Assembly: GCA_030704615.1 (NCBI GenBank)
Contig: CM060734.1
Span: 44,392,001 to 44,456,000, forward strand
Reading direction: 5' to 3'
Origin: Takakia lepidozioides
Lineage: Eukaryota > Plantae > Bryophyta
DNA: 64,000 nucleotides
Every line of letters begins with the position of its first letter. The first letter of the stretch is position 1. Positions 12,823 to 25,074 of this stretch are shown here, in pieces. A program made the position numbers and the translations under genes. The notes under the pieces are model-generated. The model was given only the letters and a program-made list of their open reading frames with translations, made no database searches and had not been told where the DNA came from.

Positions 12823-15800
12823 TAAAGCCAAATACTTTGTAAATTGCTTCATGTTAAAACTATCTTTCCTTTCAACAAGACTGCCATTCTTCAAAGTTTG
12901 GAATGTCTTACTGTACAACCTATTTCCTTGCGTTGCTTTCCTTTCCTTTTCTTTCCCACAGGTAAGACTGACTGCAGTTTAGCCACCAGTTGCAAAATAA
13001 TCGATCTAGTTTCAAAATGGTATTCAGGGTCACATGGCATCCCTGTAACTCCCAGTGCTAGCCTGCTTTGGCAGGAGAGAGTGTGCATACCTTGTGTGTC
13101 TACATTGTTGACTTGTAGCAAGGTCTGCAATGGTCTATCAACTGCAGCTGGAATCAACCTAGTATGACTTTGTGGACTAATGCGCATTGTACAGTGATTG
13201 TGAAAGATCCAGGAAAAGGTGTCACTTAACTCGTTTGTAAAATCTCATCTATTCTCTGAGATGTTGGAAATTTTAGTCAGCTTGCGAGTCAAGCTGGTCC
13301 GGCTGTGTAAGCTGGGTGTTGAATCGCTTCGAGCTGAATCGCTTTGGGTGTAAACACCCCAGCTGTTTTCCAAGACCTCGCCATCTCTATCTTGTTTGCA
13401 TCCCTGTAGATTAGCAGTCTTTTGAAGTCAGATAACCCAGTATGGAATAAGTGGAACCAGCTGAAATGCAAAAGCAACATAAATTGTAAGCATTTCATTT
13501 ATGGACTTTCCAATTGAAAACACATCTTTGCACTCTATTGAGTAAGATTTGATTCAAACTCTTTGATCGCATTCTGGAGATGTAGACTGGTTGAGTAGAA
13601 AGGCTGAGTTTCCCCTCATTGCTCTTGCTTGCAAACCCATCCTCATAAAGGTCTTCTTCACTTTCTCTTGCATTCCCACTTTCAGCCTGCACTTCAATCT
13701 CCCTTTGGCAACTGTCTCTTTCAACCTCAATTTCACTCCTGCTTTCCGATTCAGTTTCGATCTCGAGCCTGAGGTCCTCATCAGCCTCAATTTCTTGGAC
13801 TTGATTCTTGAATACTGCCCCTGCATATCCAACCTGGATATCATCATCCCTCTCCTTGTCAATATCACTGGCATTACTCTCATGTTCAACGTCGTCACCA
13901 CCATCTTGTTGGTCAGCTGTCAATAGAGCCACAGTTCTATCTGCGCTGCCATTGATCTCAACCCCTGCATCTGAAGCATCTGAGTTTTCTGCATCAGCTT
14001 CATCCTCTGTGACTGCACCTGCAAATTGTTCTTTCTCAGCTGTCAATAGTGTAATGGTTCTATATGGCATGCAAGTGCCCTCAACCCCTGCATCTAATGC
14101 CTGTGCACTTTCCCCATCAGCTTCATCGTCAGTGACAAAACTTTCAATTTCCATGGAATTATTTTCTTTCTCAGCTGCCAGTAGCGTAACAGTTCCATGT
14201 GCTCTGCCATCGTCCTCAACCCCTGTATCTGAAGCTTGTTTGCCTTCACCATCAGATTCATGTTCTGTACTTGAATCGTCACTGTCCATGGCATCTGCAA
14301 CATGATACCATCAAGTGTGGTGTTATTGAAAAGATCCCGAGGAGAGCAACACCAGTGTGCTAAGAATTTGAAGCTGAGGAAAACACAAGGGCCACTATAG
14401 CTCTATAGTGGAAAAGATTTGCTGATGCACCCCAAAGATGAACATAAGAATGATGCAGACCAGGCTAGAGTTATGGCTACTAGGGTTGAAGGCTATGTAC
14501 AACTAGGAGTGGGCACTTCCAAAGGGACTGCATAACCAAAGCCTCAGATGCCAGATGGACCCGGAGAGGCAATTCATGCAGACTCTTGATGTTCAAGGTA
14601 TGAACAGAGGCTCCCTCCAACTTTCAATTTACTCTGTTTATCTGCATTCATCGACAACCATCAGCTTGCCTCTGTTTCCTTCATCCCCTTTCCACACACA
14701 AGCTTCCCAAAACACAGTCATTGCAGTTACCAATCTCACTTGGATTTATCTCCTCCATAGCATTAGGATGCTCTCCACCAACTTCCACCCCCTGCTCTGG
14801 ATCACTATCTCCTAGGCCACCCTCAACTGGATGCACATTGCAAGATGGCACACTGTCAGAGGCACCATAGGAGCACTGCTGGTGGGCACGGGCGTTCTGC
14901 ATTGCCAGATCATGTTCTTTCTTCTCCTCATGGCACTTGAGGATCTTGGCTTCAAAATCATCAGCCAATGCCTTGACATCTGACTTAGCAAACTTCTTAG
15001 CCTGCCAGCACAGTTGAACTTGGAATAAGAACAAGCAGGTTGAGGCCATTGCTATCCATAAGGAGAGATTACACATCCACAATGATCACATTAGATGTGA
15101 ACAGGGAGTTTCAGCAATATTCAGGGGAACAATATTACCTTAGTGACGATGGTTTTGAAGTGCTCTACACCCTCGTGGTCTCCAAGAGCGTAAGCCAGAT
15201 CCCTCCATTGTCTGACATCTGGACAAGAATCAAGAAAAAAATCACTCAGTTGCACGCCGAGACATAAGTATTTGAGCCCCAATCAGCAGGGAAAGGGCTT
15301 CATACATGATCAGCAATTGGGCAAATCTCCAACTGGGGTGAAAACTAACCAAATGTTCCCAAGAAGCGACGACACAGTTTTTCCAGAAGCCCCTCCTGTT
15401 GCTTGTCCTGTTTCACCAATGCTCCAACAGGGATGAATTTAGGCTGAGGTGAAATGTCAAAACTATCTGCGACTTGCTGACCAGTGTAAGTTCAACAGAT
15501 CTGTTAATATGCAGTAGGAAGACTATTATGATCCTGATTAATGAACACAATTTACATACAGGATAGATACAGTAAAAGGCAAATGGATACTGCCTGGACT
15601 AGTTATACCAATCATGCAGGTATGATACATACCTTGGTGATGGCACCAATGAGAAAATGCATGATAGTGCGGAAGGTGTCCTGTGGCAGATCCGGCTTAC
15701 TGGAGAGGCGGCTTAAGATATCTGGCAGCAAGTTATAAATCGGATTGTTGCCTGGGAATCATCAAAGCTCAATCACTTAGTGGAACACTCTTTGAGACAA

Positions 15801-17044
15801 TTTCTCCATTCTAGAACCAGGGTTCCACAAACAATCATCACTACCTCAACAGAATGGAAGTACTTTTAAGTAGCTCAGCTACTTCATCACCACAACTCAA
15901 CCAGCACGTTGGCCAGACTAACCTTTTTTAGAAAGCTCAAGAATGAACAGCTTCACCAGATTCGCAATACGCTCATCCTCATCCTCCAACCGCAGCACCA
16001 TCTCACTGATATGTCCCTTCACCTGGTATAATGTATGTGTGTATGAATGAAAGGAGATTCCACGCTAATCATAGAGAGTTGGTGCCGTGGCTAGTAATGC
16101 CTGTTCCTTTGACACTTCTATTGCCCCTCTGACGACATTCATACATTGTGAAGATGATCAAGAGAATGAAAGCGAGACTTGTAGTACCTTGACCATATCA
16201 TTAAGAATGAGATGGCTTAGGACTAGCACTGAGTTTTTGCGCACTCTCTGACAGGAGTCACTTAGGCGTTCATACATGTGCTCTGTCCACGGCTCCAGTA
16301 GGTTTGGGAACCGGGTGGCCAGATCACCCAGGGCAACAATACAGTTTGACCGCACTCCTGCCTCACCTGAGTTTTGAGCCACTGTGAACAGTATCTGCAG
16401 GTTTCGTTCACTGCATGATATGAACAAAGACATCCCCACAAGCGTGTTAGTGAAGGTTAGCTTTTGATAGTATTAGCTTCTGAGTGGCAATGTCTATCAT
16501 GCTTGAAATGCATTGCTGGGCTAATTCCTTTCAGTAGAATTGACTTTGTACATGTTACATTTTTCCTCTCCACTTTCTAGTGTGAACACTAGAATTGCAG
16601 CAGTCAGAGAGAAGAGCAGACCAGAAATTGGCATCGATGACATAGCTTGCACAGAGCCAGCATAGCTGAAGACCGCAACCGTGGATACTGGTTACCATCA
16701 CCACACACCCACACAGTTAGTTTGCACAATTTGGAACCAGGTACTAAGTGAGGCACCGCCTAAAGAACTAGGGAAGAAACTAGAACACAATCTCAATTCA
16801 TAGGGACTTCCAGCACCTGCTGCATCAGGCCTCCATTCTGACAGATTTTTGCCACTACAGGTGATATGGCAGCAACAAGAAACTTCTGGTTTGTTTTATT
16901 AGTCACGATCTCTGACTCAGCTTTCTCAAGTAATCCATCCAGCTTTGCATTTTCTGACGCCGCCATCCCCAATTCTGCGTTGATGCTCTCGTCCTGTAAT
17001 GCAAGAGATCATTGTTCCTTGCTATATACAACATTTCTCAATCT

Positions 17045-18640
17045 AAAGTACTCATGCACAACTTCGAGACAGCAGAAGACAGGAAGATAGGGAATCTATT
17101 GAGTTGACCACCAGAGTGCCAAAAGGAACTCTTGTTGATCAAAAGAAACAAGACACAAAATGGGAGCTCCCAACAACAAGCCACCACAACCATGAAACTA
17201 CCATTCAACTGTGAGAGTTTCTCTAAGGTGGAACGACGCAAGAGATCCCACAGAACCTCAGTTAGAGGTAGTTGAAAATGAACCCCTGCACATCACATGC
17301 CTCCCCACTTTGTGAGACTTCTTACTGAAAGTACTTATGCACAAGTTTGAGACGGCAGAAGATAGAAATATAGTGAAATCATCCAGTAAGACCACTAAGA
17401 GTGACGAAAGGAACTCTTCTTTGTAAAGGGAAACAAGACACAAAATGGGGACCCCCAACAACAAGCCACCACAAGCATGAAACTACTGTTCAACTGCGAG
17501 AAGTTTTCTAAGGCGGAACAACTCAGGGACATATGATCCTCGTAATTGACTCATACTAACGTTTTTTGCCGTAGCCTTGTGGCCATTGACCCTGTGCCCA
17601 GATTGAGCAGAACACAAACGGACAGAAACTAGCTTTGTCAGGGGCTGATGTCGGTAGTATGACTTAACTTGAAACAGACAATTGACCCGAGTTTTCCAGA
17701 TATCCTCTAGAAATCCCTCCACACAAACATCAATCTGCTGTATGTAATTTGCCCAATAAGTAGACCCCAAAAGGGCCTGGGCTTGTGGCTCAGCCTCGAG
17801 AATTTCAGAGTTGGTAAACAGAGGTACAGGAACAATTCCCTCGCTGGATTTGAAGAGGGTGTCTCTCTGGTGAGAGTACCCAGGACAATGAACCAGAAAG
17901 TGATATTGCTTGAGGTTGCCTCAGTGCTGAGAGTGGGTAAACCCTTAAGGTCATCCATGATGGCCACCCCCATGTCACAGACTGGAAACAAGTTCAGGGA
18001 AGTTTTCTGCCTAACTTCATTTTCATCAGACAATTTGCTGGCAACAGACATGGCTTTGGACTCGAAGTCAGATTTATCCAGGGTCAAGACTTGCGGACTT
18101 AGATTCAGATCCTTGAAAATCTCTTCTACCCTCTTCCGTGAGGACTTCGCCTGATTTGACAAGGGCGATCCTGCTTCCAAGATATGGAGTCGATTAACTT
18201 AGGATATCTAATATCAGTCATATGCTGCAGCTGACCCCACCATCTGACCTTGATGTCAGGAGCTTAAGGGAGGAATGCCAAACTCACCCTGAACAGCCAC
18301 ATTAGCTGTTTTGGAGCATGGTGACATTCACTCCTTGAGCACCTCCACTTGGATGGATCCTAGAGACTTAGCCTGTTTGGAGTTATCAACCCACAGTGCA
18401 GATGCGTGCCAAGGTAGGGCTAATAACGCAGCAAAGCATGGTTTTTTTACTTCAGAGTTGATCCCTCTACAGTGGAAATTTTTGGTGACCCAATGCTATG
18501 AGCTTGCAAGATTGTACAACCTTTTGTTAATGCGCTTCCCAATTACAGTTGGAGGAAAACTCAATGCCAAGGTATGTGTAGGAAGGGAGTACAGGAATCT
18601 CTTGGCTTCCTCACGAAGTGAAAGACACTTAGTATAAGTG
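17045..18640 (-). mobile_element. Degenerate L1-like LINE 3' portion with a duplicated approx. 190-bp terminal unit
   Basis: DIWKTRVNCLFQ resembles the plant L1 WxIWKxRNxxxF motif. Direct repeat at about 17045-17234 and 17328-17520. Confidence 0.5.
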
Positions 18641-20060
18641 TCCAGAGAACCAATGGAGAGAGGAAATGACACGGTACTTTACAGCGTCTGCAGGAAGCTC
18701 AAAGAGCTTATGGGACAAAGAGGAAAAAATGAAATGGTACTTTATAACGTCCGCAGGAAGCTCAAAGAGCTTATTGGACAAGAGGAAGAAATGAAATGAA
18801 ACGTTATAACGTCCGCAGAAAGCTCAAAGAGCTTATGGGTCAAAAGGGAAGCAAGAAACAAGAAAGAATAGAAGACAAAGAGCGAAGTCAGAAGCAGCCC
18901 AAAAGCAACTACTGCTCAAGGGATTGTGTAAGGGTCAAAGCTTCATGCAGAAAAGCTGCCAAGCATTTCCGATCCTCATAATGGAAGACTTCCGTGAGAG
19001 ATTGGCAGTCACGGAACAGACAGTGAAATCTGCCACGGATCTCATAGTAAAGAGGACAGCAAAAGAAGAAGTGCTCTTCGGTTTCAATGCACGGTTGGGC
19101 CCAATGCAAGCTGGGCATAGGCGGTCATCTCGTTGCAAGTTTTCCCATCTACCAGTCTCTATCCATTAATTGTGGGAAGCCACCCTGAATCGCCCCAATG
19201 CCCTCAGAAGAGAGGGACATAAAGGTGCAGATAAGTAATTAGGCCGCAAGATTCTATCATCATGGAGAACTAAGAATGTCTCTCGGTAGAAATGGAGTTC
19301 TGTTGTTAGAGTGGCCGGCTTCCATGTTTGCCTGACATGGAGTTCCATAAGCTCTCTTCTAATGAGTCTGTTGCGATCGTGTTTGGACGTGATCTTCACC
19401 CCTTCTGTGTTTTGTAGCAATAGGGGAGCAACAGAGAGTCCATTGCGCTAAAAACAAGTGCACGCCCGAGCATACAAGGCTTGAAACCTGCTGTATGGAG
19501 CCTGATAGATGTTCTGAGGGCCCTTGCCGTGAGCCCTGTGGGGTGCAGGGCTTGTAACCTTTTAAGAAAGATTGTACGCTGGAAGAGGGCCTCTGTTCGT
19601 AGAGGCACGCATGCAAACTCCGCCCATACAATGTGTGATGGGAGTTGTAACCCAAGCAACAAGCATTGTTTAGAGGAAAGATGACTGCAGCAGTTCCAAC
19701 TAATTCTCCCACCAGGAAACTGGGACACCAGGTGCCCAGAACTCACAGCCATAAGTAGTAGTGGAACCTGCGATCCGCATGGCCATTAAAAACCATGTTT
19801 TGCTAAGATTGACCTGCAGCCCTAGTCTTTGGAGGAGTCTTCCGATATGCGAAGGTGGCGTTGAATGAAATGAAATGAAATGAAATGGTGCTTTATAACG
19901 TCCGCGGAAAGCTCATAGAGCTTATGGGACAAAATGGAAGGAAGAACATGAGAAATGAAATGAAATGAAATGGTGCTTTATAACGTCCGCGGAAAGCTCG
20001 TAGAGCTTATGGGACAAAATGGAAGAAAACATGAGAGAGGAACAAATCCAGAAACCACAA

Positions 20061-23000
20061 TTAATGTTCTAGCGATTGTCTAAGGGTGAAGGCCTCGTGT
20101 AGGTAGGCTGCCAAGCATTTTTGATCCTCATAGTGAAAGACATCAGTGAGAGTTTGGGTTCCACTGAATAAACAGTGGAATCTCCCACGGATCTCGTAGT
20201 ATAGAGGGCAGTAGAAGAAGAAGTGTTCTTCTGTTTCAATTTCCTTGCTGCGCCCTATGCAAGCTGGACATAGGCGGTACTCCCGTTGCAGGTTTTCCCA
20301 TCTGCCAGTCTCTATCCGTAGGTTGTGGGAACCCACCCTGAACCGCCCCAATGCCCTCAAGAGGGAAGGAGATAAGGGTGCTGAAAGGTAATTTGGTCTC
20401 AAGATTCTATCATCGCGGAGCACCAAGAATGTCTCTCGATAGAAGTGGAGCTTTGTCGTGAGATTGGGTAGCATCCAAGTTCTCTTGACATGTAATTCCA
20501 TAAGCTCTCTCCGAATGAGTCTGTTGCGGTCATGTCTGGATGTGATGTCCACCTCATCTGGGTTCATTGGTAATAGGAAAGCAGTAGAAAGTCCGTTACG
20601 TTGAAATAAACTGTCCACTCGAGCATACCAGGAGTTCCTGAAACCTGCAGCTTTGAGCCTCATAGATGTTGTGAGGGCCCTAGCCACTAGCCCTTTGGGT
20701 GGAAGGGCCTGCAATCTATGGAGAACGATTGTAAGCCTGAAGAGGGCCTCGGATTGCAATGGTACACATGCGAACTCTGCACCTAGGAGTTGTGCTCCTG
20801 GCGCCAAGCATTGCTTGGAGAAAAGATGACTGTAATGGTTCCAAATTCTTTTCCCACCAGGAGACAGGGACACCAGGTGCCCAGAACTCACAACCATAGA
20901 TGGTAGCAGGGCTGACGACGGTGTCAAACAGCCACTTTTTGGTCGGGGGATGCCGCAGATGTATTTGCTTGCATTTGGCCTGAAGGCGGACGGAGGCCGC
21001 CTTACCTTTAGTCAACCTGTCCAAGGCAGTGGCTGCAAAGTGAAACTTGGGGGAGTGGATAACCAGACCTAGGTACCGGTATGATTTGACAATCTCAATT
21101 TCCTGCTGGTTGAAGATGAATCTACGATCAGCCTGGCCATTGAAGACCATGATCTTGGTCTTGCTAAGATTGACATCAGCATAGAGGAGATCTGATTGGG
21201 TTGGTCCCCCATCCATTGGGACCCCAACCCCATGGTTTTTTGATATGTAATTCTCCAAGGCGTCAATGTAGATCCCGAACAGGGTAGGTGAAAGGGGGCA
21301 GCCCTGTTTGACTCCAATGTTGCTGTGGATCTCGGCTGAGAATTCACCAGCGACGTTGACCATGCCAGTGACAATCTCATACATAGAAGAGATGGCACAA
21401 AGGATGTCTGGAGGGACTTCCACTCTATGGAGCCGTTGGAAGAGAAGGTCCCGAGGAACTGAATCAAAGGCTTTGTGAAAGTCCACAAAGCAAACATAGA
21501 CCATTCTTTTGTCATAGCGTGCACTTTCCACCATAACTTGAAGAGTGAAGATGTGGTCAATAGTGGATCGGTTTCGACGGAAACCAGCCTGTCCCTCAGC
21601 ACGAATGCGAGAGTCCTCAGCCCAATCATCCAGTTCCATGGCCACTACTGCCCCAAACAGTTTAGCAAGTAATGAGGACACCATGATAGTACGATAGTTT
21701 GTCGGTGCGAGCCTGTCACCGCTCTTAAAAAGTGGGTGGATGATGCTCTTTGTCCACTCTGTTGGGAAGCCCCGTTGCACCACCTCATTGAAGAGGTTAG
21801 CTATAAAAGGGGCTAAAGTAGGTGCAGCATGCTTGATGAATTCACTCTGAAGTCCTGAAATGTCCACCGCTCTGCCATTTTGCAGCTTCTTGATTGCCTT
21901 ACTGACATTGGCTGTAGTAAAGAGAGAGAAGTGAAGGGGTTTAGAGGTTATAGGAGAAGGAGTTTGGGTTGGGGAATGGTACAAAGACTGTGCATACTCA
22001 TGCCAGACATGAATGTCAGTGATTGGGGGGGGATCTCTATGAGGTTTAAGGAGGGACCAAAACGATCGAGGAGAAAATCTGATTTTAGCAAGGAAAGAAG
22101 ATTGCAACTTGATAGTGTAGGCTTGCTTTTTGGATCTAATGAGGGACTTATAGTGCTTAAGAGCAAGATTAGTGGACTCGGGAGAAGAATTGGTATCAAG
22201 TAGTAAAAATTTGATGCGACATCTAGCAGTCTTGCATTCCTCATCATAAAATGGTGCGTAACGACGAGTGGAGAAGGGTGAGGAGGTAGATGGAAGGGTG
22301 ACGGGAAAGGATCGCAGGGCTGAGTCCCAAAGGGCTTGAGTAAGATGTGTAGCCTTGTCGTTAGGAGATGATAGATGTAGAATGGAAGGGAGGGTTGACG
22401 CTGGGTATGTTTCATACTCGGCGTCGTGTAAGTGAGAGAAAGGGGTATTAAAGTGGATACGTGGGTGTAAGGGAAGAGACGCAGAGGGGATCCTCACGGG
22501 GAGGGAGATGGAAGGAAATGCAAAGGAAAGGCAAGAGTGATCAGAATCTGGGTACCTCGTGATGTAAAAGGAGCTTATTCTATCATGCTTGTTGGGGCTC
22601 CCCAAGAGATAGTCAACCACGCTTTGGCCCTTGTATGTGTGGTAAGTGAACTGGCTGGAGGATTTGAAGTTGGTTGTTCCATTGTAAATGGACAGCCCCT
22701 GAGTTTCACAAAACTTGAGTAGATGGTGACCGTAACTTGTGATTTCGCAAGAGGAATCTGCACTTTGCCTCTCCAATTCCGTATGCGAGCGTTGGATGTG
22801 TAGAGGATCTGTGTGGTCGAAGGTGGGGGCCTGTAGTGATCCTGTACGGGCATTGAAATCTCCAACCAAGAAAATGTCCGTTTGTGGGGTACGGAGACGG
22901 GCCATATCGTCTTCCAATGGAACATATGGTGAATCTGTTCGAATATGTAGGCCGCTGTGCGAAGATGCGGCCGGAGCAAAATAACATCCCGCCAGCAGGA

Positions 23001-23331
23001 TGTTGTAGCCTTTGATGTGACACCAAATGTACCTTGCCAGTGGGTCTTTGTATGGGAAGGAGATAAGTGGGAGAAGGCAGTCAGCAAAGTAACAAGCCAC
23101 ACCTCCAGATCCTTTGAGACCTGTACGTGGACGAATCACTGACTGAAAGCTATACCCGAGAATAAAAGGGGGGTCCTTTCCTTCATACGCATGAGTTTCC
23201 AAAAGAAAAAGAACATCACACTTGGAAAGAATATCTAGAAGCCCTTGAGGGTGGCTCCACAACGAGCCATTACAGTTCCATGAGCCAATGTGTAGATGTG
23301 AGCGTGCGTTGGTCTCATGGTGCCCCAACCC
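20061..23331 (-). pseudogene. LINE ORF2 (APE endonuclease, reverse transcriptase, C-terminal CCHC), inactivated by two deletions
   Basis: SWNCNG, LLETH, VGDFNART, VVDY, SDH; QAGFR, FVDFHKAFDSV, KQGCPLSP. YADD is reduced to YADV by an in-frame 29-codon deletion relative to the copy at 23718-24968, and an approx. 11-nt deletion near 20787 shifts the frame. Confidence 0.9.
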
Positions 23332-23672
23332 CTATTTAGAGCTAGAGGGCGGACGTTCGTGCTCCCGGACAATTACCCTCCCATCTCGGTACACGGCATA
23401 GTGCCCTTGAGCTCGAGCTTGCTTAACCTGCAAGAGTTGCGCCCGCATGGCGTTGTATTGCAAAGGGGTCAAGTCATCGTTGAGGTACATACCCTGACCT
23501 CTCAAGTGAGGCCTCTGCCTAAGGACTCTATCCCGAGCACCCTTGTCCTTGAATCTAATGAAGAGGACTTTGTGCTCTGAAGATCCTGCACGCCAAGCCC
23601 TTTCTATGCCACTCGCGCCCCATGGGAGAGCAAGGTTTTGCTGAATAAGGCTGGTGGCAGAGTCAAGAGGGA
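23332..23672 (-). CDS. LINE ORF1 C-terminal fragment (L1-like RRM/CTD, Transposase_22-type); absent from the ORF track
   Basis: Manual translation: PLDSATSLIQQNLALPWGASGIERAWRAGSSEHKVLFIRFKDKGARDRVLRQRPHLRGQGMYLNDDLTPLQYNAMRAQLLQVKQARAQGHYAVYRDGRVIVREHERPPSSSK*. It follows the IERAHR...xxRF...LKG.xxxxDDLT pattern. Confidence 0.8.
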
Positions 23673-23699
23673 AAAGAGAGTCAGAGAAAATAGGAAAAC

Positions 23700-25074
23700 C
23701 AGAGTCAGAGAAAAGAACTATTGTTCGAGTGATCTAAGGGTGAATGCCTCGTGCAGGTAGGCTGCCAAACATTTCTGATCCTCATAGTGGAAGACTTCAG
23801 TGAGAGATTGGGTTCCACGGAATAGACAATGGAATCTCCCACGGATCTCATAGTATAGGGGGCAATAGAAGAAGAAGTGTTCTTCAGTTTCAATTTCCTG
23901 GCTGCACCCTGTGCAAGCAGGACATAGGCGGTCCTCCCGCTGCAGGTTTTCCCATCTGCCAGTCTCTATCCGTAGGTTGTGGGAGCCCACCCTCAACCGC
24001 CCCAAAGCCCTCAGGAGAGAAGGAGATAAAGAGGCCGAAAGGTAATTGGGCCGCAAGATTCTATCATCCCGGAGAACCAAGAATGTTTCTTGATAGAAAT
24101 CGAGCTTTGTTGTGAGGTTGGTTAACTTCCAAGTTCTCCTGACATGTAACTCCATGAGCTCCTTTCTAATGAGTTGGTTGCGGTCATGCCTGGATGTGAT
24201 TTCCACCTCTTCTGGGTTCACTGGCAAAAGTGAAGCTATAGAGAGTCCATGGCGTTCAAAAAAGGTATCCACACGGGCATACCAGGATTGTTTGAAGCCT
24301 GCATTTTTGAGTCTCATAGATGTTGTGAGGGCCCTGGCCACAAGCCCCTTGGGGGGAAGGCCTTGTAACCTATGCAGGAAAATTGTGAGCCGGACGAGGG
24401 CCTCAGTTTGGAGTGGCACACAGGCGAATTCTGCATTCAATATGTGCGATGGAGTTGTGCCTCTGGCGCCAAGCATTGCTTGGAGGAAAGATGACTGCAA
24501 TGGTTCCAAATTGTTTTCCCACCAGGAAACTGGGACTGCAGGTGCCCAAAATTCACAACCAAAAGTGGCATTTGGGGTGACTACACTATCAAACAGCCAC
24601 TTCTTGGTCGGTGGGTGGCGCAGGTGTATCTGCTTGCATTTGGCCTGAAGGCGGATGGAGGCTGCCTTGCCTTTTGTCAATCTGTCCAGGGCAGTGGCTG
24701 CAAAGTGGAATTTGGGGGAGTGGATAACCAGCCCCAGGTATCGGTAGGATTTGACTATCTCCACCTCCTGATTGTTGAGGAAGAATCTGCGGTCGGCCTG
24801 CCCATCGAAAACCATGATCTTGGTTTTTGTAAGGTTGACTTGCAACCCATAGTCATTGGAGAACTGTTCCAAGATGTCGAGATGGCGTTGTAGGAAGATA
24901 GGAGATTGTGGCATGAGAGCAACATCATCAGCGTAGAGAAGTGCTGATTGCGTTGGACCACCGTCCAAAGGCGCACTCCAACTCCGTGATTCTTTGAAAT
25001 GGATTCTTTGAAATGTATCCGTCCAAAGCGTCTATGTAGATTCCAAAAAGGGTAGGTGAGAGAGGGCAGCCCTG
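23700..25074 (-). mobile_element. 5'-truncated RTEX-like LINE (RT C-half to stop); its distal 3' UTR and tail lie at 19865-19952
   Basis: ORF 23718-24968 with LLYADD and CCHC region; begins at QGCPLSP directly after another copy's tail. Confidence 0.9.

Larger units (their letters stand above)
19953..23672 (-). mobile_element. Longest RTEX-like LINE copy (ORF1 3' part, ORF2, 3' UTR and tail), 5'-truncated
   Basis: ORF1 fragment, ORF2 with APE endonuclease, RT and CCHC region, 3' UTR with AAGCTC-TAC-GAGCTT hairpin and (CATTT)n tail. The clade call rests on recalled motifs (GVKQGCPLSPTLFGIYID, RFRVGSHNLRIETGRW) and needs a phylogeny. Confidence 0.9.

Noticed and set aside
14392-14411. Hairpin CCACTATAG-CT-CTATAGTGG resembling joined CACTA ends
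   Set aside because: Too short and lacking a supporting TSD; could be chance.
18662-18850. CRISPR-like or satellite array of approx. 63-bp units
   Set aside because: The units are diverged LINE 3' ends with no spacers, and the context is eukaryotic.
21165-21190. 87-nt RT deletion as a spliced-out cryptic intron
   Set aside because: A GT-AG splice would retain both Asp codons of YADD, but only one remains; an ordinary deletion is simpler.
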